A stretch of 64,000 bases of DNA from Octopus sinensis (taxonomy: Eukaryota), in NCBI RefSeq assembly GCF_006345805.1, contig NC_043004.1, forward strand, positions 91,326,001 through 91,390,000. Direction: 5' to 3'. Positions 25,228-40,428 of this stretch are shown piece by piece. Numbering within the stretch: position 1 is the first letter of the stretch; every line of letters begins with the position of its first letter. A program made the position numbers and the translations under genes. The notes beneath the pieces were generated by a model. That model was not told the origin of the DNA. It ran no database searches and saw only the letters and a program-made list of their open reading frames with translations.

Positions 25228-25676
25228 GTAAATATTCTGCTCGATTCTACTGATTTGCTTGTCAGTTGCTTGACTGTAACCAGAAGAGCATGTTCCTTAG
25301 TGGCTGATATGTGCTTCTCTGATCATGAATGGGTGTAGTGGTGGAACATCATAGCCATATGTTGAGAGGGATTCTTTGGCATTTGAATAATTCACCCCTG
25401 GAAACATAGATATTTTGTTCATAATCCATAAACAACCCTTATTCAGGGATCTTTTCAGCAGGATGGGCTACTTGACTTGAAGAAAATTCTAACTGGGCTC
25501 CATCTGCAAGGTCATGCACTGTTTATCTTTGTATGAGGTCATCATGTCATGCACACATGGCTGTGATGTGTGCACCTGGTGTACCTTATTAGATGGGTGG
25601 TCATTATGGGTATTTTGGGCTTCATATATTTGTATCCCAGTGCCATTTTGATGGCATGCAATGCTCTCTTACTCAA
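25228..25676. mobile_element. Dispersed repeat family associated with (TAA)n, copy 1
   Basis: Clearly similar along its length to 35020-35452 (GTCAGTTGCTTGAC...CTTAGTGGCTGA...GTTGAGAGGGATTCTTTGG). Confidence 0.7.
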
Positions 25677-26501
25677 TGATAATAATGGTTTCAAATTTTG
25701 GCACAAAGCTAGAAAGTTCGGGGGATAGTGTAAGTCAGTTACATCAACCCCAGTACTCAGCAGGTACTTATTTCATTGATAAATGACAGACAAAGTCAAC
25801 CTTGGCCCAGTTTGAACTCAGAATGTTAAGAGGGAAAAATGCCACTAAGCATTTTGCCCAGTGTGCTAGTGATTCTGCCAGGTCATGCCTTTCACTCAGT
25901 AATAATAAATTCATGGAACTTTTCCCGAGTCAAAAACTAAAAAATGAAAATGCATATATGAGACAGAAAAAAAATAATAGGCACAAATAAAAACAAGTGA
26001 ACAACAACAAAAAGCTCAAAGAAAAATATAATTCTAAAATATGACTGAACAAACAAAATTTCATTTTATAAATTTATTTTATTTCAAATAAAAAATATCG
26101 ATAGGAAATAAACAGTATTATAATGTAGTATATTCAATACATTATGAAAGAAGTTTAGGAAAAAAATTTTGAAAAAAAATAATAAATTAAAAAAAGGAGA
26201 AATTTTCCGGTGGAGATAAGTAACAATTAATTATTCATTTAGACTTGATAACGATTCGATTTGAAATCACTTCATCTGCATTTGAAATTAGCGTCTGTTT
26301 GAGCCACACTGAGGAGTAAAAACGAATGCAAATATCGTCCTCTTTGTAGAAACGCGTGGTTTTTTTTGGATATTTTTTTAAAATTGTAATTTGTACATGG
26401 ACTTACTGAGTGGACCTTTTTTGTGGGTTTGAGGTTGTTTTTTCTTCAGATATTGAAGGCTGTAGAATAACAAAGGTATAAATATATACATACATGTATG
26501 T

Positions 26502-26554
<53 letters not shown>

Positions 26555-26655
26555 TGTATATATATGTGTGTGTGTGTGTGCGTGTTTGTAAATATATGCA
26601 ATAAAACATATATGCATACATACAAGCACACAAACATATACATATATATTATATA

Positions 26656-26696
<41 letters not shown>

Positions 26697-26708
26697 TATA
26701 CATATATA

Positions 26709-26760
<52 letters not shown>

Positions 26761-26813
26761 TATACATATATATGCATATATGTATATATATATATATATA
26801 TATACTATATATA

Positions 26814-26854
<41 letters not shown>

Positions 26855-27262
26855 TGCATGCATATACATAGATATGTATATTTGTTTTGATTTTATATGT
26901 TGAAATAATAGAAAGACTACTAAATACCTAACAGGAAGCTTTTCAGTCAGGTTTATCCATTGAAAAGCTGAAGTTTCGTTTCCAACATTACCCAGGGTTT
27001 CTTGGTAAAATGCTCTTCAGGACATGTCTGAGTCACTGACTCATCTGATGATCGGTCTAGTAAGAAACTGTGTATAACTACGAAGTGAAACTTTACACTT
27101 GAATAAATGTACACACACACACCACACACACACACACACACACATGCACACAGACTTATATACACATATGCATGCACATACAAACAAACACACACATATA
27201 CACACATGCATGAATATGCATGCACATAACTTAAATATACACAACTACAAAGATACATACAC

Positions 27263-27307
<45 letters not shown>

Positions 27308-27368
27308 GTACATATATATGCATATTTCTTGCAAAATAACAATAACAACAAAAATAATGATGATGATG

Positions 27369-27414
<46 letters not shown>

Positions 27415-27864
27415 TGATGATAATACTAAGTAAAAATTTTTTAAATCGCAGTAACAACAGTTAACAATTTTGTTTTCAATAAACAGGATGTTATTTTTTT
27501 CTTTAGAAATTTTTAATTCTTGAAAATTAATAATCAAAGGGGCCTGAATTTGTGAGAGTTAAACACACACACACACACACACATTGATAAATATATCTCC
27601 TATATTATGAATCAATACTAATTTACTAAAATTAGGAAATTTATTTACCTAGAGCACAAACACATAATTGATGGTGGTAGAAACTGAACTAGAAAACCAT
27701 TTGAGATTATCTCTACAAATGCTACATTTGCCCCACACATTCTCAATCCTCCACTCAAAAGAGAGGCCTAGAATTTAGCACTATAAAGTAACGAAGGACT
27801 TGTTAATGAAAATGTCTACCATTTGTTTACCGACATTTCTTTTCTCTCTATTCTGTTAAGCTAC

Positions 27865-27896
<32 letters not shown>

Positions 27897-28182
27897 TATA
27901 TATAGATATATATATATATATATATATGTATGTATATATAATATGACAGGATTCTATAAACTTTGAACACCTGATTGTGATCCCTTCATAGTAATCCCAA
28001 ATGAGTGTTTTGTTTGATTATCTTATATATATATGTGTGAGACACAAAATTTTGGAGCATTCTGAATGTGTCTGTAAGTCTATCTATCTATCTATCTATC
28101 TTTTATGCTTGCTATTTTATTTATATATGTATATATATATATATATTATATATAATATATATATATATGTATATATAGTATA

Positions 28183-28235
<53 letters not shown>

Positions 28236-28485
28236 CTTGAATTGATCTTTTATTCAGTTAATCTATGTATATTAAGATATATTGCTCTGAATCAAGTTCA
28301 TCAAGAACTTTCAATGGATTCTGCTTTAACGATACATGCATAATGTATTTTATAAAAATATACACACGCACGTGCATACACATCTATGTTTGGTTACAGG
28401 AAGGGCATCAGGCTGTTAAAAATCTGCTTCAAATTAGGTCTGACTGAAGCATGAAAAAGTGGTTGTTAAATATGTTGATTATATA

Positions 28486-28575
<90 letters not shown>

Positions 28576-29162
28576 TATGCATGCATGCACATATATATGT
28601 ATGGTGGTGGTAGTTGTTTGATGTTGAGGATTCACTTGTTTGATCAACTGGATTATTTGCTCTTGGATTTGTGATTGAGTATTCCACAGACATATACCCT
28701 TAGCATAATTCACAGGCATAAACAGCATTGCACAGTGTGTGTGACAAGACTATACCTGTTGAATTGCAATTACGGTTACAATCCACCTGACAGAGACTTC
28801 TATATAGTTTCTGTCTACCCAGTTTCATTGACAAAGTATGGGTTGACCCAAGGTTATAGAAAACAACACTTGCCCAAGATGCCATGCAGTGGAATCAAAT
28901 CTGGGATTGATGATACCAGTGGGAACTTCTTAACCATTTGAAGGTGTGTGTGTGTGTGAGAGAGAGAGAGAGGGAGAGAGTGAGAGGAAAGGAGATAGGT
29001 AGAGAGAGGTGTTTGCTGTAATGGACGGTTTATTTCTTAATTTCTAAACTTCCTGAGATCTAAAAACAAGAAAAGATAAATATAATAACAGTTTATTATT
29101 ATCATTATCATCATCATCATCATTATTATTATTGTTATTATTATTATTATATTATTATTATA

Positions 29163-29201
<39 letters not shown>

Positions 29202-29585
29202 GTTATTATTATTATTTGTGTTTCTCTTATTTAAAAAAATTATTAATAAATGGAGGAATACCTCATTAAAAATGTCAGTAATTTAAAATTAATAGCTTAT
29301 AAATTTTGTGTTTTCTCTCGTTTCTTTTATTTTTTTCTTGTTTTTACAGATTGAAATTGCGTGCGGTGTTAAGAAATCTACAAATTAATAATTGATAACA
29401 TCCCATTTTAACTGATTACTTTTGGTTTTTTGTGTATTTATTGTTATTATGCTTTTTTTGTGTGTGTGTGAAAAAAGAGGAAAGAAAAAGAATTGATAAA
29501 AAAATGTAAAACAAAACAACAAAACAAAAAGTAAACGAGAAATTTGTTGTAAATGATTTATAATAATAGTAGTAGTAATAGTAGT

Positions 29586-29620
<35 letters not shown>

Positions 29621-29725
29621 TAATAGTAGTAGTAGTAATAATAATAATATAATAATAATAATAATAATAAACTAAAACAGATACTGTAGGCTAAGCCAAA
29701 CGTTACACAGCATAAAAATGCAGTT

Positions 29726-29995
29726 GGCACAGCGAAAGCGAGAATGTGACACGTCGTCGTCTCGCTCGCGAGACGCTTCGAAGCATCGTTCCCGGGTCGG
29801 GTCCGCGCGTTCGCGGCCGCCGGCACGGATTCGTTCCGCACCGGTCCACGCCACGTTCCCGCTCTGACTCAGGTGTAGCAGGTGGCTGGGGACCCGAAAG
29901 ATGGCGATCCACGCCCGGTCGGGACGAAGCCAGAAGAAACTCTGGTGGAAGTCCGAAGCGCCTCTGACGTGCAAATCAATCGTCGGAACTGGGGT
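29726..29995 (+). pseudogene. 28S rRNA fragment (D3 expansion segment and following conserved core), dispersed copy
   Basis: GGGACCCGAAAGATGG...CGAAGCCAGAAGAAACTCTGGTGGAAGTCCG...CTGACGTGCAAATC matches the conserved eukaryotic LSU sequence GGACCCGAAAGATGGTGAACT...CGAAGCCAGAGGAAACTCTGGTGGAGGTCCG...CTGACGTGCAAATC. It is a GC- and CpG-rich island with no neighbouring rDNA. The upstream boundary is less certain. Confidence 0.85.
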
Positions 29996-30669
29996 CATCA
30001 TATGCTCACAGATGACAATATGCAGTTAAACTTTGTGACTTTTGGCTCACCCTATAGCACCCACACACCCACATATACTTGGTGTTGCTTGGGTGTGCAC
30101 TCCACAAAGGCACTCCTTCCCATTACTGGATTTAAATAATTCATTCAATTTTAGGTTTATTATTTAATTTTTTTTATTGTCTGATTTGATAGGAATTTAT
30201 TAAGTTCTTTGATGAAGAAATAAGGTTTGAATATACATACATATGTACATACATACAAACATACATACATACATACATACATACATACATACTCATATGT
30301 ATTTATCCCATCACCATATATATACATATATATGTATATATATGTGTATGTGTGTGTGTGTGTATACCATATTTTCTGGTTTACAAATTGATGTAGTAGT
30401 AAATAGTTTAAACATATTGTAAACATGCTTACAACACCAATCCATGTGTGTGTATGTGTATATATACACACACACACACACACATACACACATACATACA
30501 TACATACCTACATACATACATACATATTTATAAAATGATGAATAACAGATGAATTACTGCTAAATACTCAATAGATGATGCAGAGTCAAATTTGTTATGA
30601 AAGAACGATTGACTCTGACTTTAAATTTCATCTGCCTTGAAGCTTGTTCAAACACATCTACCTGGCTCT

Positions 30670-31296
30670 TTGTCATTTACAATGATGAGTATTCTGGTTG
30701 ATCCGATCAATGGAACAGCCTACTTGTAAAATTAACATGCAAGTGGCTGAGCACTCCACAGACATGCATACTCCCAATGTAGCTCTCATGGAGTTTCAGT
30801 GTGACACAGAATGTGACAAAGCTGGCCTTTTGAATAACAGGTACAATTCGCTTTTGGCAGCTGAGTGGACAGGAGCAATGTGAAATAAAGTGTCTTGCTC
30901 AAGGACCCAGTGTGTTGCCAAGAATCAAACCCACAGCCTTATGATTGTGAGCTGAATATTGTAACCAGTAAACCACGTGTGGCATATGGTTAAGGATGGC
31001 AGATCATGTTTGTAAAATCATGAGTTCAATACCCAGAGACGAATTGTGACCTTGAGCAAGACACTTTATTTCACATTGCTCCAGTTCAATCAGCTGACAA
31101 ATATAAGATGTACCTGTAATTCAACAAGCCAGCCTTGTCACATTTAGTGTTATGCTGAATCTCCATGAAAACTACACTAAGGGTACACATGTCTGTGGAG
31201 TACTCAGCCACTTGCGTATTAATTTCATGAGTAGGCTGTTCTGCTGACTGGATCAAGTGGAACATTTGTCTTCATAACTGACAGAGTGCCAGTTCA
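30670..31296. mobile_element. Two decayed tRNA-SINE copies abutting head-to-head
   Basis: The left copy (minus strand) resembles the 15022 family. The right copy (plus strand) is its diverged reverse complement (GTGACCTTGAGCAAGACACTTTATTTCACATTGCTCC versus GGAGCAATGTGAAATAAAGTGTCTTGCTCAAGG). Confidence 0.8.
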
Positions 31297-31309
31297 AACA
31301 CACACACAC

Positions 31310-31347
<38 letters not shown>

Positions 31348-32149
31348 ACATACATACATACATACATACATACATACATACATACATACATACATACATA
31401 CATACATACATACATAACATAACGTTAGTGACTGCAAAGTCTCTGACTGAATACTGTTAGTGTGTAGATATGAAGATAATAATAACATTTTCGAAATCCT
31501 TAAAAAAGCATATTTTAAGGGCTTAACTTTACCAACAGTTAGGGTCAAAAGGTTAAAGTATACAAACAAAACAAAATAAAACAACTAATCCCTTTATGGA
31601 ACTTGAGAATCCATGGGACTAGGAATTTATTTTAGTTGCTGCAGTGTTGAGCAAATGAAAGATAAATCTCTGTATGGATGAGACACTACTCTATTGTATG
31701 GAGTATTTCTCCTTAGCAAGAATTGAACCTGGTATTGCAAATCAAAAAAATCACTTACCAATTCTTCAATTCCACAATGCTACTTCAGCAATATATTTTA
31801 TGTCTTGAGAGAGTCATTACATACATGTGTCCGTATCCTCACTACAAAATTCTAGGCAATCACCATCACCGACCTACACTTCCAACATGTCTATCATTGT
31901 CATCATATCTACATTCCATCACTCCCAGTTCCTCTCCCCACCCAGTTAATCACTAACTCCCTCTATTACAACTAGTGTATTCTACACTTTCCAAAGAAAA
32001 ACCCATTTTTAAAAAATAAATATATCTTGAAGCTCACATAATGTTCACTTGTTCTGAAGAGTCACAAGATGAGAGTGCCAGTTTCTGGGTTACACTGAAC
32101 TTTCCAATTCCATATATAGATATGTGCGTGTGTGTGTGGTATGCATGTG

Positions 32150-32182
<33 letters not shown>

Positions 32183-32231
32183 ATATATATATATATTATA
32201 TATATATATATATATATACATATATATATAC

Positions 32232-32297
<66 letters not shown>

Positions 32298-32823
32298 AAC
32301 TTTTTTCAGTTTCAGAAACCATTATTAATACAGAACCAAATGAACAAATAAGAAAATGTAAATGTAAATTGTAAATAAGTTAAATAAATAGAAAAAAGAA
32401 AAGGGTGAAATAATGAGATGTTGAAACATTGATGTAAAATTGATCAAAAATAATTTGAAAAGAAGTTTCAATAGAAGATGTGTTATTTCAGTGTATGTGT
32501 GTGTGTAGGGGTATACACTAATTTTTGTGTTTGGTTTGCAAAGAAAATAACTACAAAATTGTTTATTTTGATAGTTTTCATATTTATGGAACTGAAATAT
32601 AGTTATTTCATTCTTTTTTTTGTTGTTTTACTTTTGACATTTCTGTTGTTCATAAAGCGAATAATTAAGGTCGATGTAGAGGTGGTGATGGTTGTGGAGA
32701 CTGAATTGAAAATTTAAAAGGAAGTAAAATAACACAAGAAAACTGAAATTAAATTTGGACTCCAATCAATATACAAAAAAGGAAATAAATAAATAAATAA
32801 AACTAAAACATTTTATTGGAATC

Positions 32824-32894
<71 letters not shown>

Positions 32895-34835
32895 TAATAA
32901 TAATAATAATTTCTAACATTATAATGATAATTCATAATAAAAACAAGAAAAAATTTGTCTTATTTAAAAATTTCAATACGAGTTTGAATCTTAAATTCAA
33001 ATGCCATCCCTATCCTCCACCTGGACTTCAGTTTAGGAAAATATTGAACCCCACCACCATAAAAAATACAGAACATCTTTTTTGTTTAAAATTTCAAAAT
33101 GAATTTTGAAGTCTTACAAAACCCATCTGAATCGTAAACAAATATATCCATGTTCAAACAAGTCTGAAGTTCAGGTATTGGTAGAAGATAATGAAGGCCA
33201 CTTTACAACACTGAATGAAAGAGAACGGGGGCCTATTAAAGGTTGAAATGCTGAATTAACCTATACATCTTGTTCTCTTACATTTTGTAGTGTAAAGTGG
33301 TTTTCATGCCTTTCCTGCACTTGAACTTACAACACTGCTTCTTACTGTAGATATAAGTTGTTGGTGTTATAAGTTAATGTAAAAGTAAAGGATGGCATTT
33401 GGTAGTTCCGTTGAAAAGCACCCATTGTAAATATATTGTTATGTAGGCACAAATGTTTTGACCACCTCTGCGCATAGCTGATATGATGTTCTATACAAAA
33501 ACTTAAATACATGCAAACACAAAACACAAAAACGGGGTTATCCACATCAGAATTTTTGCTTAGTCCTTCACTAACATTATAAGTGACCACATCTATATAT
33601 TGTATATTTACAATAATTCCATGCTATATTTTGATTAGTTCAATATACAATCATCTTCAGGTTTTTTTTTTCTTATTTTAACTGGTAAATATCGTTATTA
33701 CTCTTAATTTAGAAATGAAGGCCTCTAGTTCAAATCCAGTTCAGGATCATATATATATATATATTCTTTTGGGGAACAGTGAATCTTGAAGCGCATAAAG
33801 CTTTAAATAGTAGCATGTAAATACTGGGCTGAAAAACCGTTTTGATTAAAAAAGTCAAAAGTTGTCAATGATATGTGTGTGTGTGTGTGTGTTTGTGTGT
33901 GTGTGTATGTGTGTGTACAAAATTTAATAACCCTTGCAAGGAATGGATACAAGAAATCTGATGCTGGAATGAAATTAAATACAGTGAAGAATTTACTGGG
34001 GTGCTCAACTGGTTGAGCCAAATAGCTATCTTATTGATGGTTGTTTGTTGGGTCTTTTTTTCCTTCAATATCTTTTAGCAATTTTCAAGGTCAAATCTTG
34101 ATGATGGCTAAGTTAAGTCAACAGACTTATCATCTGCTCCACCATATAATTGTTGTAAGAGATGCAGGGAAGTCAACAGTAACAAGGCAGAAGATTGGTG
34201 ATCTTGTTATTGTCTAACTATTTCTACACCAACTAAATGGGAAGTTTACAAGGACCACTTGGAATTAAAACATAGCTGAGTGGAACTGAAACATTTAGGC
34301 TACTGCCTATCTTAACTTCAGTAAACCCTTCAACTTATTCTGTGTTCGATATCTTGTAGAATTAGAGTAGGCACAAGATTAGTTATTTTATATGAGGTAG
34401 GGTACAGTAAATAGAACATCAAGCATAAAATCTCATTCCAGTTTGGGTGGGCTTGCAAAGGTTACCTAGGGGTTCAGCACTTTTCTCTGCGGCTAAACAA
34501 CTGAAGTAAAAATAATAGCAATGATAATAATAACAATAATAATAATAATAATAATAAAAAAAGAAAAATAATTGAAGAAAAGAGGAATTAGTTATGTGAT
34601 TTATTATATTGATGTTGAAACAATGAAACATGCAAAATTGATATTGTTTATGATTGAAATTGGGATTGGAAGGTATGAAACTATATACTGTAGTGTATTC
34701 AGTACAATATTCTACTTTTGTACCTTTTTGCCTTAAACAGCTCCTATCTCATTCTCTAGAAAGTTTTATCATCATCATTATTATTATTATTATTAGAATT
34801 ATTATCATTATAATCATCATTATCATTAATAATAA

Positions 34836-34898
<63 letters not shown>

Positions 34899-34930
34899 TA
34901 ATAATGATGATGATGATGATGATGATAATA

Positions 34931-35452
34931 AATGCCCTGATGCAGTATCAGGCAGTGGCTCTCGTGACTTCTGTTCTTAACTGATTGGAAGTGTTGACAT
35001 ATACATGTACCTTTGTTAAAGCAAATATTTTGCTTGTCAGTTGCTTGACCTTCACCAGTTGAGTATGTCCCTTAGTGGCTGATGATATGGGCATCTCTGA
35101 TCACGAGCAGGAGTAGTGGGGAAGCATCATAGCCATGTGTTGAGAGGGATTCTTTGGGGTTTGAATAATTCATCCCTGGAAACAAGGGTGTTTCATTCAT
35201 TATCTTCAAACGACCTTTTTTCTGGAACCTTTTGAACAGGATAGGTTATTCAACCTGAAGAAAATTCTAACTGGGGTCCACCTAAAAAGATTATGCACTG
35301 TTTATTTTGACATGAGGTCTCCATGTCATGCACATATGGCTATGATGCATGTGCCTGGTGTATCCTTATCAGATGGCTAGTCAAGATGAGTATATTGGGT
35401 TTCATATATTTGTAACCTCATCATCACTTTAATGGTATGCACTGCTCTCTCA
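34931..35452. mobile_element. Dispersed repeat family associated with (TAA)n, copy 2
   Basis: Homologous to the 25228 copy; flanked by (TAA)n/(GAT)n. Confidence 0.7.
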
Positions 35453-37041
35453 ATAATAATTGTAATATATTGGAATTAACTGATGTGCAGTATATTCTGA
35501 TAATTCACCAAACATTTGGTGTTTTATCATCAGCTCATCAGTCTAAGAATTAAGATGACTAATGACTAATCTCACAATTTCAAACAACAGCAGAGCTGAG
35601 TTATTATTTCAAAGTAATGGCTGATGACTAAGCTGAAGTTTTCACAACATGACAATAGTCTCAAAGAATGATTTAAAACTATGACTAATGACCACACCAA
35701 TATTTCAAAGTCATAAATAAAAATTAGTATTGATGATTGATAGACTAGCTGATGGCTTAAAGTTATGATTAATGACAAACCTAAACAACAAATCAAACAT
35801 TTAGAGATTGAATTTTAATGAACCTACCTACGATTTATTTTATTCATAATTATCTACTGTTTGTTTTGGACATGTTGGATAACCATAGATCACCCACAAA
35901 CACATCGACATTTCACACAATGGTTTACGAAACATAAACAGCAATAACAATCATAGAGCAAACAACAAAGGTTGTAAACCAGTTACTTTGTAAAGATGTC
36001 TGTGTTGACACCAGGAGTATCGATAATTGAAAACTTGCACCTTTCTGCTTGTTTCTTGTATTGTAAAATGCAGGCTTGTGTGAAGGTAAAAGTTATAAAA
36101 ACACACAGAGATGAAAGCATGCGTTACAATGACATACACAAACACCCTAATCACACCCACACACCCTAATCGCACCCACACACCCACCCACATATATGTA
36201 TATACTCACACACACATGTAAATATATATACACACAATACATAAATACATTTATATACATATATATGTAAGTATTTATGTATGTGTGTATGTAGGCAATG
36301 TATGTATCTATATTTGAATTGCCTACAAATTTGAAGCTAGAGTCCTTAAGGTGGCAAAATGTCATCTTCCCCTTCTTCCGGGTAAATTCCAGTGATGACG
36401 TTGTTGCCAAGCGATAGAGGGTCTTTCTCTTCCTTCGAAGAATATCGGCAGCAAGGAGAAGGGAGAAATCTGGGCAACTTTTGATTTCCCATTTGAAACC
36501 TGCTCAGGACTACAATCTCAAGTGGACGTACCAGTGCCAATCACTGGATACCAAAGCAAGACTTTCCAGATGCGCATCGATGATCTAACAAGACCATATA
36601 CAAACGCACACATACATATTTGTGTGTATACATACATACATACATACATATACATACATATACACACACATACATATATATCTATATGTATGTGTGTATA
36701 TATATATATATATATATGTATATGAATGTATGTGTGTGGCAATATACTTGTATAATTACACAAATGCTCCTGCTTATGGGTATTTGTGCAACTCACACAC
36801 ACACCCATACACACATACACACTCACACATATCATCATCATCATCACCATCCATTATTATCAACATCTGTTATATGTAGTTCTGTTACTCTCAGACATGT
36901 ATGTAAATTAATATAAAAATTCAACGGAATAAAAAGGTGGAATTTTGCTATATCAAATAATTCAAACAGCACTTCTTTTTGTTAACATCTAGATGGATAT
37001 GTAACATGTATATACATACATACATACATACATACATATAA

Positions 37042-37077
<36 letters not shown>

Positions 37078-37293
37078 CATATATAAATATGACTTTTTTC
37101 TATGAATTTTTAAATATATGTGTAAATATACATGTGTGGTTAAAAAGGGTAAAGGTTATATATGTATGTGTGTGTGTGCGTGCACGTGTATATATATATA
37201 TATATATATAAATAGAAATCTAGGGATGTATGTGTGTATGTATGTATGTATATATGTGTGTGTTTGTGTATGTAAGTATTTTATATATATATG

Positions 37294-37333
<40 letters not shown>

Positions 37334-37899
37334 TATATATGTATGTGTGTGTGTGTGTGTGTGTACATGTATAAATATACATTGTGTGTGTGTAATGTAT
37401 TTATTCCATTTTTTCTTCACTCAATTCTGCTGCAAAGGATTTTCAAAAATATTTTTGGCTTTTTTATTTTATTTTATTTATATTTTCACATTCTTCATCC
37501 ATTTGGTTTCAATTTGGCAGATTGTTAAATTCACCAAGAAAACAATCAAACAAACAAAAAATTAACAAAAATTAACAAAAAGATTCAGAAATCTTTGTTT
37601 CATGTCATCACATTTGATGTCACACAAAAAAAAAGTATAAAAAAAACGAAAGAATTCTTCTGTACCATTTTCACAAATCTTCTTCTATCCTTCTTGATTT
37701 CATTTTTGTATCATCAGAAAGGGGGTGAAAAAAAATGTTCCCCCAAAACATTTTGGTTCACTGGTAGAATTTAGTTTTGTATTTTGATTATTATTATTAT
37801 TTCGTAAACAGTGAAAAAAAAAAACTTCAATATGCGACAAGGCTTAGGCTCAATGAACCAGAAAAACAAAACTAGAAATTAAAGAGATCTGACATGACA

Positions 37900-38015
37900 A
37901 TAGTATTTACACAACTACGCTGCATACATCATACATAATACATACACACCCACACGCACATAATATCTATATATGTATATATATATATATATATATTATA
38001 TAGATATATATATAT

Positions 38016-38059
<44 letters not shown>

Positions 38060-38169
38060 CTTTATATATATATATAAGTACATATATATATCCTATATCT
38101 ATATATACATATATATATATACATATATTAATATATATACATATATATATATACATATATGTATATTTC

Positions 38170-38237
<68 letters not shown>

Positions 38238-38332
38238 TACACGCTCACACCCAACACATATATATATACATACATACATATATATATTATATATATATAT
38301 ATATATTATATATATACACACATATATATAAG

Positions 38333-38369
<37 letters not shown>

Positions 38370-38780
38370 GCAGGCATGCATGTATATATATACACATACA
38401 GACACACACGTATAAATGCATTGATGATAGGTATGCATTTATTATATATATGCATGTGTATGTGATTGTGTAAGTATGAAAAATTGATGCATTTGCATAA
38501 GAAATTCAGCTAATTTCAAAAATTCAAATATGGTAATATAATAAAACAACAATATATAAATTAAAAAGAAATTAAATATTAGCTTAATTTCTCTAAATGT
38601 TAATAATGGTTGCAATACCTGATTGTCAGGTATTGTATTATACGATAGACAACAAACACACACACTCACACACGCACACACACACACACACACATCACAT
38701 ACATATTTACTCACATAGATATGTGGGTATTTATATATATATGTATATGTATGCATTTATATATATATAATGTATATATT

Positions 38781-38811
<31 letters not shown>

Positions 38812-38854
38812 CACATATATTATATACATATAAATATATATATAAATATATATA

Positions 38855-38899
<45 letters not shown>

Positions 38900-39392
38900 A
38901 TATAAATATATATATATATGTATATATACATATATATATATATAAATGCATACATATACATATATATACATACATACATACATATACATGCATACATACA
39001 TATATATATATATATACACATACATATATGCATATATACATATATATATACATACCTATTCATATACACACATACACACACATACACACATATGTATGTG
39101 TGTGTGCTTGAGTGTATGTGTTTGTGTATGTGTATGTGTGTGTGTGTGTGTGTCCATATATGCATCTATATTTCTGTTTTGCTGTTGGATATAAAGAAAA
39201 AAAAAGACTTTTGAAAAATGACAAACCAATTCTTTTAAAAACTTCCATTGAGACAAATGTTTTGGAAGACCTGGTCATTGAAATGTCGACATATACGCAT
39301 ATGCATCAATGTATGAATATATTCACACACTCACACGCACTCATATATATATATATATATATACATACATACATATGAATATGTATATATAA

Positions 39393-39451
<59 letters not shown>

Positions 39452-40387
39452 TATATATATATACATGCATATGTAAAATGTATATACATATTTATATATA
39501 TATATAAACACACATTTCTACAATTACATACATACAAAGTGTGTATTTTAATGTTAAAAATATTATAACAAACGTTTTTGTAAATTTGCACCAGGGTGGG
39601 CAATTTGCTAGTTTCCATCCCAAAAATGACAAATACAATCGACTAGTTTATAATACAGATATCTCATATGATACAGTATAACATTCTATACCACAGAGGA
39701 ATATCAACTATGTCAATAAATGTTACAGTATTCTGTAGGATTTTTTGAGAGAGATTAAAAAAAAAAGATTATTCAATGCAAATTTGGTTGTTAATAATTA
39801 TATTATATAAAGAGAAAACAGTTACTTATGTATTTGTGTTTCTTTACATCAACCACTATGAGTAAATATGAAGATTTTTCACATAAAATGATAAAATATT
39901 GCTACCGTTGTTCGTGTAGGACTGTGTGTGTGTTTGTTCATTTATATATACATACTCACACATATTCATACATACAGATATGCATGCATATATATATGTG
40001 TGTGAGTGTGTGTGTGCTTGTATGTATATATAAATATTTGCACACATATATCACATATATATATATATGCATTTGTATACACACACACACATACACAAAT
40101 TTATATTTAAATCCTTCATCATAAAAATGGAGGACTTTACTCAAAAAATCAAATTGAAGATCATTATCTAAGTATACTGACACAAGGTAACACACACATG
40201 CACTATACATACATCAATAACCCACCACAAATATACGTAAATACATGTGTATGTATGCATACATATATATATATGTATATATATATATGTATGTATGTAT
40301 AAACATGTATGTGTGTGTATACATATGTATATATTTATACATATATGTATTACATATATATATTTATACATATGTATATATATACAC

Positions 40388-40428
<41 letters not shown>

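Noticed and set aside
26960-27030. Minus-strand CTGAAGAG...GAAAC hammerhead-like motif (similar partial motif at 47560-47600)
   Set aside because: Stems I and III do not form, or the core elements are in an incomplete arrangement.
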